A DNA stretch of 64,000 bases from a virus (IMGVR_UViG_3300035696_001272), one strand, 5' to 3'. Shown: positions 27,912-38,405, numbered from the stretch's first letter. Translations and numbers: made by a program. The notes: a model not told the origin generated them from the sequence alone.

Positions 27912-29120
27912 TTCTAGTAGATGATATTTGTTATTGTGTTCCGGATGACGCAATATCTCTAAATAACATTCTTCCAAAGCCTTTTTAATACGAGGTCCAG
28001 CAGGTATTCCGGCTGCCAGAATATCGTCTCCGTTTATCTGCATTTCGCGCTTGGAGAAGACAACTTCCGCGTAATACTTGTCCAGTTGCCTTCTAGAACC
28101 TAATCCTAGGGCTTCAGTCAATAGTATAAATTGCTCCAAGGATTGGTCCCAGGCTTCGGGGGCATGATTTTTGACGGTGGCCATAAAGCTCTTATAAGAT
28201 AAAGCCGTGTCTTTCTGGACAAAAACATTGTATTTTCCCAGTAAGTCCAGCAAAAATATTACTTTTTTGATTTGCTTATTAGAAAACTTTAGCGAAAGCA
28301 TTTCGCCCTGAACTTCAGGGATTGGCACACTCGCATAGAGAAAGGCCAATCGAGTTTCTAGTTCACCTTGGCACTTGTTTAGAATCGGCAAAGAGTGGCT
28401 AGTCAGAGCTGGACAGGCAATTTCTAGCGCTCCGCATTGCTGTAAAAGCTGCAATCCGAAGGAGGGATCTGATGTCATTAGTGTCTTGCATAATTCATCA
28501 TTGATGCGTTCTTTAGAGACCTTTCTCAAAGTATCCAAACTATCTTTCATACCTTGAAAAGTATCTCCATCCACTGCATAACCAAAACGAGCAGCAAAGC
28601 GAGCCACACGCATAATACGAAGCCCATCTTCTTGAAATCGAACGGTTGGTTTGCCAACGGCCTTGATTAGGCCATTCATCAAATCCTTGACACCACCGTA
28701 TGGGTCAGTGATTCTTTGAGTTACAGGATCGTAAGCAATTGCATTGATAGTCAAATCTCGACGGGCCAAGTCTTGTTCAACATTCATCACAAAGAAAACT
28801 TCATCTGGCCTACGACCATCTGAATATTCACCTTCAATACGAAAGGTTGTGACCTCGAAATGATTTTCTACACCCTCACCCATACAGACGGTTACAGTAC
28901 CATGCTGCAATCCAGTGGGGATGGTTCTTTCAAAAATCTCCATGACTTTTTGTGGAGAGGCATCCGTGCAGATATCCCAATCTTTGGGCTTCTGTTTCAA
29001 GATTAGGTCACGGACACATCCGCCTACAATGAAGGCTTGGTATTGGTGCTCTTGCAACATACGACAGACCTTAATGGCCAGAGGATGAATCAAACGAGGA
29101 GGGATGTACGGATTTTCCAT
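27894..29120 (-). CDS. cca: class II CCA-adding enzyme (tRNA nucleotidyltransferase)
   Basis: GGCVRD, DWD, HGTV, EVTTFR, DGRRPD, DLARRDLTINA, FQEDGLRIMR motifs; likely start MENP at 29120. Confidence 0.92.
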   Translation of the reverse strand: MENPYIPPRLIHPLAIKVCRMLQEHQYQAFIVGGCVRDLILKQKPKDWDICTDASPQKVMEIFERTIPTGLQHGTVTVCMGEGVENHFEVTTFRIEGEYSDGRRPDEVFFVMNVEQDLARRDLTINAIAYDPVTQRITDPYGGVKDLMNGLIKAVGKPTVRFQEDGLRIMRVARFAARFGYAVDGDTFQGMKDSLDTLRKVSKERINDELCKTLMTSDPSFGLQLLQQCGALEIACPALTSHSLPILNKCQGELETRLAFLYASVPIPEVQGEMLSLKFSNKQIKKVIFLLDLLGKYNVFVQKDTALSYKSFMATVKNHAPEAWDQSLEQFILLTEALGLGSRRQLDKYYAEVVFSKREMQINGDDILAAGIPAGPRIKKALEECYLEILRHPEHNNKYHLLELVRQF

Positions 29121-29127
29121 GGGGAGC

Positions 29128-29155
29128 AATCTAAACTTAAAAAATTAGCTGTCAA
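29128..29155 (-). promoter_or_regulatory. sigma70-type promoter of cca
   Basis: Minus strand TTGACA (29155-29150), 16 nt, TAGATT (29133-29128), then 7 nt to ATG. Confidence 0.65.
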
Positions 29156-29212
29156 GTCCGGGGCACGTAATAAGTAGGCATATTACTAGAGTTCTACCAA
29201 AAATAGAGGAAT

Positions 29213-29920
29213 ATGAGTGTATTAGAAGCTTCAGAAATATACAACTTGATTTCTAGAGGTTCCCAAAACAGGGAAACCAGGAAACAAACTAGAGAACTAC
29301 GTAAAGTAGCTCTTGGTTCCGTTTCTTCCAATCAAGGTTTTACCAAAGTAGCTTTTGATACACGTCGTATCGATCAGGAAGTTGAATACAATCCACGTAG
29401 AGGACTACAGCACTATAATCGTAGTGAAGGTTTTCTTTCCGAGGCTCTTGGACAGAGAGTTAAAAATTTTGCCAAGTTGCGTAAAGTTCTTAATGATCTA
29501 AAGACAGTATACGGTAAAGAAAATGAGTGGCAAGATAGTAATGTGCGTATCCTATTAACGGCAGTGGATAGCGGTTTACGAACCGGCATTGAAGATGAAG
29601 ATTTTGCAGTAAACCAACCAGGTGTTGGTAGTTTTGATTATCTAGACGAATTATTGAATGTCAGATATCGTCTCAGTTTTGATCAAATGACTAGACTTGG
29701 TGAAGCTGATTTGAAGAAAGTTCTGCTATCGAGAGATGAAGAATTAACTCGTAAAGATGTCAAACAAGCTCTAGAGATCACTAAGAGTGATGTTGCTACA
29801 AAGGGATATGATTCCCTAATAGAAAAATTGTTCGACGGATGTAAAGCCAGTGCCGAAAATCCAGACGTAGAGAGAACTATCACTATAACCATTAGAGATC
29901 GATTCCACAAAGAAGGTTAA
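29213..29920 (+). CDS. hypothetical protein
   Basis: GAGGA RBS; ATA-N6-CAT at 29170-29181; LRKVA and FTKVA motifs. Confidence 0.75.
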   Translation: MSVLEASEIYNLISRGSQNRETRKQTRELRKVALGSVSSNQGFTKVAFDTRRIDQEVEYNPRRGLQHYNRSEGFLSEALGQRVKNFAKLRKVLNDLKTVYGKENEWQDSNVRILLTAVDSGLRTGIEDEDFAVNQPGVGSFDYLDELLNVRYRLSFDQMTRLGEADLKKVLLSRDEELTRKDVKQALEITKSDVATKGYDSLIEKLFDGCKASAENPDVERTITITIRDRFHKEG

Positions 29921-29921
29921 C

Positions 29922-30611
29922 ATGGGAATGAACGATTTCGCACCCGGTCGTAATGAATGTGGTCAGTTTATTGTTAGAAACATCTCTCCACAGAAAAAGA
30001 CCATCAACATTTTTAACTATCCTATCAATTTGGGTGCCACTAGAGATCTATTACAAATTCCAGGCGTTTCAGAAGGTGATATCAAATCAGCTTTGATGAA
30101 GGGTCAAATTCGACACAAATTAAGAGTGGGAGACATTCAACTAGTCTTTAGTAATATTGATCTTTTGCAGTTCAATGACTGTGGAATTCAATATTTACAC
30201 GGATATGGTTTTACTACTGGAGTCTTGGTTGGATTTGAGCAATTAGATGGATATACCCAAAATCTAATACTCAATGGTGGTGGCGGTGGTATTACGCCAA
30301 CACAACATGAAACTTTACGTCAACTCATCCACTTTGTAAATGAAGGCCCTGGTGATGGTTTCGCTTCTGGAGCTGTGAAGGTGACGCTTCCAACAGGCAG
30401 TCCATTCCCAACTTCTGTCATTTGGTATTTAGACAGCTCACTAACAACCAAATTAGTAGAAAAACTGATAACATACAATGCCAACAACTTCCCAGTTATC
30501 ATATCATGGAATATGTATGATTATGATGGTGTAACTATCGTGCACAATGTTACTGATACTATTTCTTACAACGCGGCATTTGAAACGACTAGAACAAGGA
30601 CGATAAGCTAA
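29922..30611 (+). CDS. virion structural protein (N-terminal domain paralogous to 42326)
   Basis: FIVRNISP...RDLL...GQI resembles FWVTNGSP...VNLL...GSI; contains DGY. Confidence 0.6.
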   Translation: MGMNDFAPGRNECGQFIVRNISPQKKTINIFNYPINLGATRDLLQIPGVSEGDIKSALMKGQIRHKLRVGDIQLVFSNIDLLQFNDCGIQYLHGYGFTTGVLVGFEQLDGYTQNLILNGGGGGITPTQHETLRQLIHFVNEGPGDGFASGAVKVTLPTGSPFPTSVIWYLDSSLTTKLVEKLITYNANNFPVIISWNMYDYDGVTIVHNVTDTISYNAAFETTRTRTIS

Positions 30612-31117
30612 TGTCGAGCGATTCACCAGCAGCCATATTATTTAATGAACTGGGTCAGCCAGTTGGCGTTATTTTTGATGGCACTATCTATAGATTACAA
30701 ACGCAGGATATCATCGTTGATGGTTATGGCAATGGTCCTGTAGCCGTTACTCCTCCATTCACTGGAGCAACCACAGCTGATCCTGCTTTGGTTGTGGCTA
30801 TCAGTCCGAACAACTCATTCACAGTCAATTTTCAGAAGCCGACCACTAGCACCACTAGTAGCGTGGCTAGCTCGGCCACCAACGTATTGTTGTTGTCATC
30901 CAATACTTTACGACTTGGAGCGACTGTTTATAATGATTCAACAGCTATCTTGTATCTCAAGCTTGGAACTACGGCTACCACTTCCGATTTCACAATAAAA
31001 ATGCTACCCACTTCTTATTACGAAGTTCCTTTTGGATATTTAGGTGAAATAGAAGGTATTTGGGCGGGCGGCACTGGAATAAGTGGCTTTGCCAGAATCG
31101 ATGAGCTAACCCCATAA
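30611..31117 (+). CDS. short fibre/decoration protein
   Basis: Shares the N-terminal SPxxIL motif with 31180/32779, the C-terminal domain ending ELTP with 31180, and DPALVVAISPN with 32779. Confidence 0.65.
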   Translation: MSSDSPAAILFNELGQPVGVIFDGTIYRLQTQDIIVDGYGNGPVAVTPPFTGATTADPALVVAISPNNSFTVNFQKPTTSTTSSVASSATNVLLLSSNTLRLGATVYNDSTAILYLKLGTTATTSDFTIKMLPTSYYEVPFGYLGEIEGIWAGGTGISGFARIDELTP

Positions 31118-31179
31118 TATATGGATAAAGTCACATTCAAATAGTAAGTCTTATCTTATAAATTATGTGAGGCCAACTA

Positions 31180-32685
31180 ATGTCAGGTCAATCCCCAGCA
31201 ATAATTCTATATACATCAACTGGTGTAGAGTTAGATGTACAGACTAACACCGCCGTTCCTAGCGGAACAGGCGCGATACTAATTTCTGGTGTAAGTCCTT
31301 CAGGAAACTCTAACTGGATTCCAGCCACTCAGGAAGGCGTGCTTGGCATTACTCAGATGGCCAATATCCAAACTGCGCAGAGTGCTGCTACAGTTACGGC
31401 CACCGGCTCTTTTACTACCACCAACTTCTATGCTGGTGCCCAAGAAGCCGCCCTCGTTGTTGATGTAGGAACGGTTACTGGCGCTGGTTCTATTCAATAC
31501 ACTATTCAAGAAGTAGACCTCGCAGGTAACGTTTATGGTAACTCTGCCTCCACTGTTGTCATCAATAGTGGAAATGCTCCAGGTGTCTTCACGGCTGTTT
31601 TGCCAGTTAGTACGGCAGTTAACATAAGGGTAACTTGGACAGTCACAGGTACATTCAGTGCAACCATTACTTCTTATGTAACAAGCAGAAGCACACCTTC
31701 TACTCAAACTGTCAACGGTTCTGTATCTATCACTGGTACAGTTGGCGTTACTCAATCTACTAGCCCCTGGGTTACTAGCGTAACTGGAACGGTTGCTGTC
31801 ACACAGTCTACTAGCCCTTGGGTTGTTAGCGGCACTGTCACTGCTAACCAAGGTACTCCAAACTCACTTATCAACGCGTGGCCAGTTGAACTAACTGACG
31901 GTTACGGCAATCTCTTTGGTGAGCCAAACAATCCAATCTGGGTTACTGGCTCTCTCAGTGCTACTAACCCTTCCGTAAGCTCCATCGGTGCCGCCCCTCC
32001 AAGCATGGCAACCTATGTTGGTGCTTTGGCCACTACTTCTCAAGAGTCGGGTTTGACCAACGGAGATATGTACGCATTCAACATCACCACTACAGGTTTG
32101 CTACGTATCGATGGTCATTATCCAACTGGCACCACGACCGCCAATGCCCCTGATATGGGTCAGGTCGGTGGTATCGTAACTACAGCTGCACCAACTTACA
32201 CCACTGGACAAATCAATGCATTGTCTCTGACAACTGTTGGTCAGTTGCGTATCGACTCAGTTTATCCAACTGGTACAACGACAGCTAACGCTCCAGACGC
32301 TACTGAAATGGGCGCTATCACCGTAGCTGGTCCTCCAACCTACACCGCTGGTCAGCTCAACGCTTTGACCACAGATGTTGGTGGTAACTTGCGTGTCGTA
32401 ACTAACAAGGCAAGTACCGCCGCTGTTACTTCTGTTGCTGTAACGGCTTCTACACCTACTTCTTTGCTAGCTGCTAATACTTCTAGAGTATTTGCCTCTT
32501 TGTACAACAACGGTTCCAAGGGAACTATGTACGTCTTACTAGGAGGTGGAACAGCCAGCGCATCTAACTTCAGCATTACCTTGCTACCTTCTTCTTATTG
32601 GGAAATTCCAGTAGATTGGACTGGTGCTGTTAGCTGCTTCTCTACGAACGTATCTACTGTACTTGTAACTGAACTAACTCCATAA
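31180..32685 (+). CDS. Thr/Gly-rich fibre/decoration protein
   Basis: 501 aa; VTQSTSPW and PTYT.GQ.NAL repeats; C-terminal ELTP domain. Confidence 0.7.
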   Translation: MSGQSPAIILYTSTGVELDVQTNTAVPSGTGAILISGVSPSGNSNWIPATQEGVLGITQMANIQTAQSAATVTATGSFTTTNFYAGAQEAALVVDVGTVTGAGSIQYTIQEVDLAGNVYGNSASTVVINSGNAPGVFTAVLPVSTAVNIRVTWTVTGTFSATITSYVTSRSTPSTQTVNGSVSITGTVGVTQSTSPWVTSVTGTVAVTQSTSPWVVSGTVTANQGTPNSLINAWPVELTDGYGNLFGEPNNPIWVTGSLSATNPSVSSIGAAPPSMATYVGALATTSQESGLTNGDMYAFNITTTGLLRIDGHYPTGTTTANAPDMGQVGGIVTTAAPTYTTGQINALSLTTVGQLRIDSVYPTGTTTANAPDATEMGAITVAGPPTYTAGQLNALTTDVGGNLRVVTNKASTAAVTSVAVTASTPTSLLAANTSRVFASLYNNGSKGTMYVLLGGGTASASNFSITLLPSSYWEIPVDWTGAVSCFSTNVSTVLVTELTP

Positions 32686-32708
32686 TCTAGTTAGTTGAAA
32701 AGATAAAT

Positions 32709-32746
32709 AAAAAGAGGCTTGCTAGAAATGGCAAGCCTTTTTCTTT
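32709..32746 (+). terminator. intrinsic terminator
   Basis: AGGCTTGC-TAGAAATG-GCAAGCCT followed by TTTTCTTT; A run upstream. Confidence 0.8.
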
Positions 32747-32778
32747 GCGTATAATTCAGCATTTGAGTAAGGAGATAC

Positions 32779-35700
32779 ATGGGTACAGAGAGTCCAGTAG
32801 CAGTTCTATATGATATGAATGGCAATGAAATGCCAGTTCAAAATGGATCCGCTATTCCAGCTAACACACCAATGCTATTAATGGGTGGTTCTGATGGAAC
32901 CAACTCTAGATATATGACTGTTGATACTTCTGGCCGACCGGTATTTGTAGGCGCTGGTACAGCAGGTACTCCATCTGGTGGAATTATCACTATTCAAGGT
33001 GTTTCGGGTGGTACTGTAATTCCTATTTCCATAAACACGCCCGATACAACCGCTACAGGATCTTTGGGCGCTCTCAATGCTACAGTGCCAATTACTTTAG
33101 CGGGCACCAGTGGTGTTGCTATGCAGTTGGTGGCTGGTACATTAGTAGGCACCATAGTTCCCGAAATTTCTTTTGATGGTGGTACTACTTGGGTCTCTAC
33201 ATTTTTTGACGATCCATCTACCGGAAATAAAACAAGCAGTATTGTCTTTGCTTCCAACAACACTGCTACGACTAGAGTACTAGCTACTGCAGATGGTGCC
33301 TCTAACATGCGCGTTAGAGTGTCTGCTTATACTTCTGGCACTGCAACTTGTAATTTGAGAGGCAGCAGTCAAAACGAACCCTCTGTACTATATTCTGGTA
33401 CAGCTGGTGGCGTCTTGCCTCCAACCATTGCTCAGATAGGCGGAACTGATGGTTCTAACCTAAGAGCTATGTCTACTGATACATCTGGACATCCAGTAAT
33501 AGTTGGTCCAGGTACAGCCGGCACACCTTCTGGTGGAGTAATTACTATTCAAGGAGTTTCGGGGGGCACAGTAGTTCCTGTAAGCGGAACTGTGGCAGTT
33601 ACACAAAGCACATCTCCTTGGGTAGATAACATTACTCAATTTGGTGGAACTAATATTTCTACTGGAACTGGTGCAAGCGGAGCTGGTATTCCAAGGGTAA
33701 CAGTTTCCAATGACTCTAACATTCTTGCTACACAATCTGGCACTTGGACAGTTCAACCTGGCAACACGGCCAATACAACTCCATGGTTGATTACCATCAA
33801 CCAAGGCGGTAACTCAGCTACCGTTACCGCTTCCAATGCTTTAAAGGTAGATGGTTCCGCCGTTACACAACCAGTGAGTGGAACAGTTACGTCTAATCAG
33901 GGTACTGCAAATACATTGGCCAATGCTTGGCCAGAAAAAATTACTGACGGTACCAATGGTCCTGTGGCTGTCAAACCGGCTTCAACTGCCGCTGTTGCTA
34001 CAGATCCGGCTCTTGTAGTTGCAATCAGTCCAAATAACAGTTTTTCTATCTCAACTCAAGACGTAACTAACACAGGCGCACTTGGCGCACTAAATGCCAC
34101 AGTTGCAGTTACACACCCAGGATTACAGACAGTAGGTATGCAACTCGCTGCCGGTACACTTATTGGTACAATCGTTCCTGAAATTTCATTTGACGGTGGT
34201 ACCACTTGGAATCAAACATTCTTCGATAGTCCGTCTACTAGCAATATTGTTTCTAGCATCGTGTTTGCCTCATCTAATACGGCAACCGCCGAAAGTATCG
34301 TAGGGGCTGGTGGTGCTGGCATGACTCGTGTTAGAGTCTCAGCTTATACATCTGGTACTGCTAACGTTACTGTAAGAGCCTCAGATATTCATGATCCATC
34401 GCTCTTATTTGGTGGTGCTGCCGGTTCGGCCCTCCCTCCTGTTATAGCACAAATGGGTGGTTCTGTAACCACAGCAGCTCCAGCATATACGAATGCTACA
34501 ATAAATGCATTATCTCTAACAACTGCTGGCGCTTTGAGAATAGATGGTAGTGCCGTTACACAGCCAGTTTCAGGAACCGTTACTGCAAATGCTGGTACTG
34601 GTAATTTCAACAACGCTTCTGTTGGGGCTACTGCTGCTACTCCACCAGCAGATGCTACCTATATGGGCGGATCTGTTACCACATCAGCTCCAACTTATAC
34701 TACTGGACAGATGGACCCGTTGTCTTTGACAACTGCTGGTTTGCTACGTATTGATGGCGTTTATCCTGTCAATGCCACTACTCCTACTACAGATATTACT
34801 TTTGTCGGTGGTGCTGTTACCACTGCTGCCCCGACTTATACTACAGGTCAGCTAAGTGCTTTGTCACTAAATACATCTGGCGGTCTCAGAGTAGACGGAA
34901 GCGGAGTAACGCAACCTGTTAGTGGAACTGTTACAGCTAACCAGGGAACCGCTAATACCCTAGCGAATGCCTGGCCAGAAAAACTTACAGACGGTACTAA
35001 CGGACCTGTCGCTGTCAAAGCCGCATCTACCGCCGCTGTTGCAACCGATCCAGCTTTGGTTGTTACTATCGGTCCAAATACCCCGCTTCCAGCAGGCACG
35101 AACATCATTGGAGCCCTTTCGGCTAACCAAAGCGTCAACCTTGCCCAAGTAGCAGGTGCTACAACTGCAACATCTGCCTCAGGCGTTCAGAAAGTTGGTA
35201 TTGTTGGTAATGCTGGGGCCACACTTGATGCTACGTTGGTCGCAGGTACTGCCCCAACAGATGGTTTGGGTACTCTAGCTCAATACAACACAACGCAGCC
35301 TGCACCGACTAATACTCAGACGCTTAGCCTACAATCCGACCAATCGGGCAATCTACTCACCTTCCCAGGCGTTCAGACTAAGACTGGTGCAGCTTGGAGT
35401 TCCGGTACAGCTATCAATACGCTGCAATATCCAACTGGAACTACGACTGTTGGTGCTTCTCTTGGGGCACAAGCCCTCCTCGTTCAACTTGATCAAACCA
35501 CCACACTAACGGGTGGCGCTGTAACATTTCAAGGAACGTACGATGGAACTAACTGGGTTACCATTCCAGTAGCCCAAGTTCTGAATCCACAGACTTTTGC
35601 TCAACTAACTAACCCATACACATTCGTAGCTTCGACCAATCAACCATTTTTGATTGTGTTGCAAGGTTTTCAACAAATTAGAGCTAACCTTACGACAGTG

Positions 35701-36585
35701 ATTACTGGTACGGGTTCAGTCACTCCATATTGGACTGCTATTGCCACTTTTAATCAAGACACCTATATTACAGATGGAACTAATGGTCCTGTTGCTGTTA
35801 AACCAGCTTCTACAGCTCCATTAGCCACTGATCCGGCACTTGTTGTCGTCCTGAGTCCTAATCAAGCAGCCATTCCGGTTACCACATCACCTACTAATTC
35901 CACCCCTAACCTAGCCTTTGGAGATTTGACTACAGCATCAACAACTGTACAAGCTATCCGCAGAACGGCTTACACTGAACAATCGGCTAACTTTACTGGA
36001 TCTATTGTCTCATCTAGCACAAGCGATACCTCGGCTGGAACTGGAGCTAGAACTGTTACTATTTATTGGATGAACTCAGCCGGAACAACGACTGGTAGCG
36101 AAACTGCGACACTAAATGGTACGACAGCAGTAAACCTTGTAACCACAACCAAATGCTTCATAGAAAAAATTGTTGTAGCAACTGTTGGTAGCGGCGGCTC
36201 AAACGCAGGTACTATTACGCTTTATACTGGAACAGGTGGAACTGGTACTGTTGTCGGCACTATTGGAGTTGGTGATAATAAGACTTTCTGGACTCATCAC
36301 TATGTTGTGTCTGGTAAAACTTGTTATATTACAGATTTTATGCTTGGCAACAATGATGCGGCTGGTGGAGGCGTGGGGTATATTAAAGCTACCAGTATAG
36401 GAACTTCTGCCCCTGAAATTCAAATTGGAGACTCTATTACATGTGCTGCTGTTTCGAATGCTATTACACGTAACTATGGATCTCCTATTAAAATGGCTGG
36501 TCCCAGCAGAATAACAGCATACATTGTGCCAAATTCAACTGCCAGCTACAATTATCGTGGCTCTTTCGGCTCTTATGACATGTAA
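32779..36585 (+). CDS. large modular fibre protein (1268 aa)
   Basis: AAGGAG RBS; duplicated PEISFDGGTTW domain, repeated TDGTNGPVAVK.ASTA..ATDPALVV and VTQPVSGTVT modules. Confidence 0.75.
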   Translation: MGTESPVAVLYDMNGNEMPVQNGSAIPANTPMLLMGGSDGTNSRYMTVDTSGRPVFVGAGTAGTPSGGIITIQGVSGGTVIPISINTPDTTATGSLGALNATVPITLAGTSGVAMQLVAGTLVGTIVPEISFDGGTTWVSTFFDDPSTGNKTSSIVFASNNTATTRVLATADGASNMRVRVSAYTSGTATCNLRGSSQNEPSVLYSGTAGGVLPPTIAQIGGTDGSNLRAMSTDTSGHPVIVGPGTAGTPSGGVITIQGVSGGTVVPVSGTVAVTQSTSPWVDNITQFGGTNISTGTGASGAGIPRVTVSNDSNILATQSGTWTVQPGNTANTTPWLITINQGGNSATVTASNALKVDGSAVTQPVSGTVTSNQGTANTLANAWPEKITDGTNGPVAVKPASTAAVATDPALVVAISPNNSFSISTQDVTNTGALGALNATVAVTHPGLQTVGMQLAAGTLIGTIVPEISFDGGTTWNQTFFDSPSTSNIVSSIVFASSNTATAESIVGAGGAGMTRVRVSAYTSGTANVTVRASDIHDPSLLFGGAAGSALPPVIAQMGGSVTTAAPAYTNATINALSLTTAGALRIDGSAVTQPVSGTVTANAGTGNFNNASVGATAATPPADATYMGGSVTTSAPTYTTGQMDPLSLTTAGLLRIDGVYPVNATTPTTDITFVGGAVTTAAPTYTTGQLSALSLNTSGGLRVDGSGVTQPVSGTVTANQGTANTLANAWPEKLTDGTNGPVAVKAASTAAVATDPALVVTIGPNTPLPAGTNIIGALSANQSVNLAQVAGATTATSASGVQKVGIVGNAGATLDATLVAGTAPTDGLGTLAQYNTTQPAPTNTQTLSLQSDQSGNLLTFPGVQTKTGAAWSSGTAINTLQYPTGTTTVGASLGAQALLVQLDQTTTLTGGAVTFQGTYDGTNWVTIPVAQVLNPQTFAQLTNPYTFVASTNQPFLIVLQGFQQIRANLTTVITGTGSVTPYWTAIATFNQDTYITDGTNGPVAVKPASTAPLATDPALVVVLSPNQAAIPVTTSPTNSTPNLAFGDLTTASTTVQAIRRTAYTEQSANFTGSIVSSSTSDTSAGTGARTVTIYWMNSAGTTTGSETATLNGTTAVNLVTTTKCFIEKIVVATVGSGGSNAGTITLYTGTGGTGTVVGTIGVGDNKTFWTHHYVVSGKTCYITDFMLGNNDAAGGGVGYIKATSIGTSAPEIQIGDSITCAAVSNAITRNYGSPIKMAGPSRITAYIVPNSTASYNYRGSFGSYDM

Positions 36586-36594
36586 AGGCAAATA

Positions 36595-38304
36595 ATGTCC
36601 CTATCTATCGCCCCTCAATTTACACAGAAAAACTATAGCTGGACTAATTGGAAATCTATATATGCTATCAAAGGAGGACCATATCAATATTATGATGATG
36701 GTACGATAACTACTGTCTATTTTTACGACCCGCCAGAAGTTTACATAGCTACTATGTGGGACGGAACTGTTCCTGATGGCATCATTGCTGGAGGATATTC
36801 TCAGTCACAAAATAATTCCGATTTGTCTGATTTTAATACTAATTGGGTGGCGGGAGCAAATCAGCGTATTACTCCAAGCGCCAATGGACAAGTAATTATG
36901 TCCAATTCCACTGTAACAGTGGGTGGCAGCCAAACTTTCGCTGGTTTCGGTAATCGACAAATTAATCTCTTCATCAACGTCAAAAATGCTCCAACCGGAA
37001 CCGCACCAGGCTTACAATTCACCCTTCAAGAAGTAGATCCTGGCGATTTGACAACAGTGGTTGGAACGACCGTTACTGGTTTGTCTATTACGGCAGCAGG
37101 TACACAGGAAATTACACTTAATTTAACCACTTCTAGCGTAATTAAAGTTTCATGGATTATTGTAGGAACGACCCCATCCTTTACTGGTGTCTATGCTACA
37201 TTAACTACCAAACCAACTACAGTATTTAGCGGCATAGATGCTACTGGTGTTGAAAGAGTTTTCCAGCCTGATACCTCTGGACGTCTTTTAGTATCAGGTT
37301 CTAACGCAGTGGGCGCAGCTGCCACAGTTAATCCAATCCTAGTAGGAGGAGTAAACCCTGCTGGTGTGGCCGGTTATGCTCAATTAGCATCCGACGACTC
37401 GATGCTAGTTGCCGATGCGCCTAATACTCAACCAGTTTTCATTAATGGTACCATTACATCGAATAACATTTCAAACCTAGTGGATATCGGAGATACATCA
37501 GTTTATCTCTTCATCAACGTCAAAAATGCTCCAACTGGAACCAGTCCTACTTTGACATTTTCACTGACCGAAGTAGACCCTGGTGACAAAGCTACCGCTG
37601 TTAGAAGCACTGTGACGGGTGCAGCTATCAAAGCGGCAGGCACACAGGTACTAACACTTCCAACTGTTACTTCTGGCGTGGTGCAAGTTTCTTGGACTGT
37701 TGGTGGTACGACTCCCTCTTTTACTGGTGTATACGTTACAGCTATTTGTAAGGATGGCGTTTCGCAAGATGATCTCTACGGAGATTTTTACCTTCCATCT
37801 ATTAACTCCACCATGTATGAGGCGTCCACTGCAACTTCTGGTGTAGCGCCTGGAACCACCATTGGAACAACTGGAGCCTTCACATTATACAACCCAAAAA
37901 CTTCTACTAGAAACCTGGTGGTACAAGAAATCAATATGGCTTATGTTTCTGGAACATTGGGTTCTGGGGCTGTCTATCTTTGCGCTAATACTAACCCAGC
38001 CGCTTCTGCTCCAACTGGAACCAGTATTACACCAGTTTGTACTTATATTGGTAGCACTATTACGGCACAAGCACAAGCATTTACTACATCTACTTTACCA
38101 GCTTCACCAACAATGATTCGAGGATTGTGGACGCTAACTCCAATGTTAGCTACCTCTGTTTTCCAGCCTTTCGTTTTGGAAGAAACGACACAAGGAAGAT
38201 ATGTAATTCAGCCAGGTTGTGCACTTAGCCTTGAGGCTGTAGCTGGTTCTGGTAGCTCACCCAAAGTTGTATTTAGTATGAGTTGGATTGAAGTTCCATT
38301 CTAA
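36595..38304 (+). CDS. fibre/decoration protein with duplicated beta domain
   Basis: LFINVKNAPTGT...EVDPGD...SW...GTTPSFTGVY occurs twice. Confidence 0.7.
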   Translation: MSLSIAPQFTQKNYSWTNWKSIYAIKGGPYQYYDDGTITTVYFYDPPEVYIATMWDGTVPDGIIAGGYSQSQNNSDLSDFNTNWVAGANQRITPSANGQVIMSNSTVTVGGSQTFAGFGNRQINLFINVKNAPTGTAPGLQFTLQEVDPGDLTTVVGTTVTGLSITAAGTQEITLNLTTSSVIKVSWIIVGTTPSFTGVYATLTTKPTTVFSGIDATGVERVFQPDTSGRLLVSGSNAVGAAATVNPILVGGVNPAGVAGYAQLASDDSMLVADAPNTQPVFINGTITSNNISNLVDIGDTSVYLFINVKNAPTGTSPTLTFSLTEVDPGDKATAVRSTVTGAAIKAAGTQVLTLPTVTSGVVQVSWTVGGTTPSFTGVYVTAICKDGVSQDDLYGDFYLPSINSTMYEASTATSGVAPGTTIGTTGAFTLYNPKTSTRNLVVQEINMAYVSGTLGSGAVYLCANTNPAASAPTGTSITPVCTYIGSTITAQAQAFTTSTLPASPTMIRGLWTLTPMLATSVFQPFVLEETTQGRYVIQPGCALSLEAVAGSGSSPKVVFSMSWIEVPF

Positions 38305-38334
38305 TCTCCTCGTCCGACACTGCATAATTTTACA

Positions 38335-38377
38335 TGTAGTTGTAAGTTGTAAGTTGTAAGTCGTAAGTTTCAAGTTT
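38335..38377 (+). repeat. 7-nt tandem repeat (TGTAAGT) in a 5' leader
   Basis: TGTAGT-TGTAAGT-TGTAAGT-TGTAAGT-CGTAAGT-TTCAAGT directly after ATA-N6-CAT at 38324-38335. Confidence 0.85.
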
Positions 38378-38405
38378 CACCGGAAACTTTACAATGAGGA
38401 AACAT

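Noticed and set aside
32779-38304. Diversity-generating retroelement suggested by repeated segments in fibre genes
   Set aside because: Differences between copies are synonymous and not adenine-specific; no reverse transcriptase in the window
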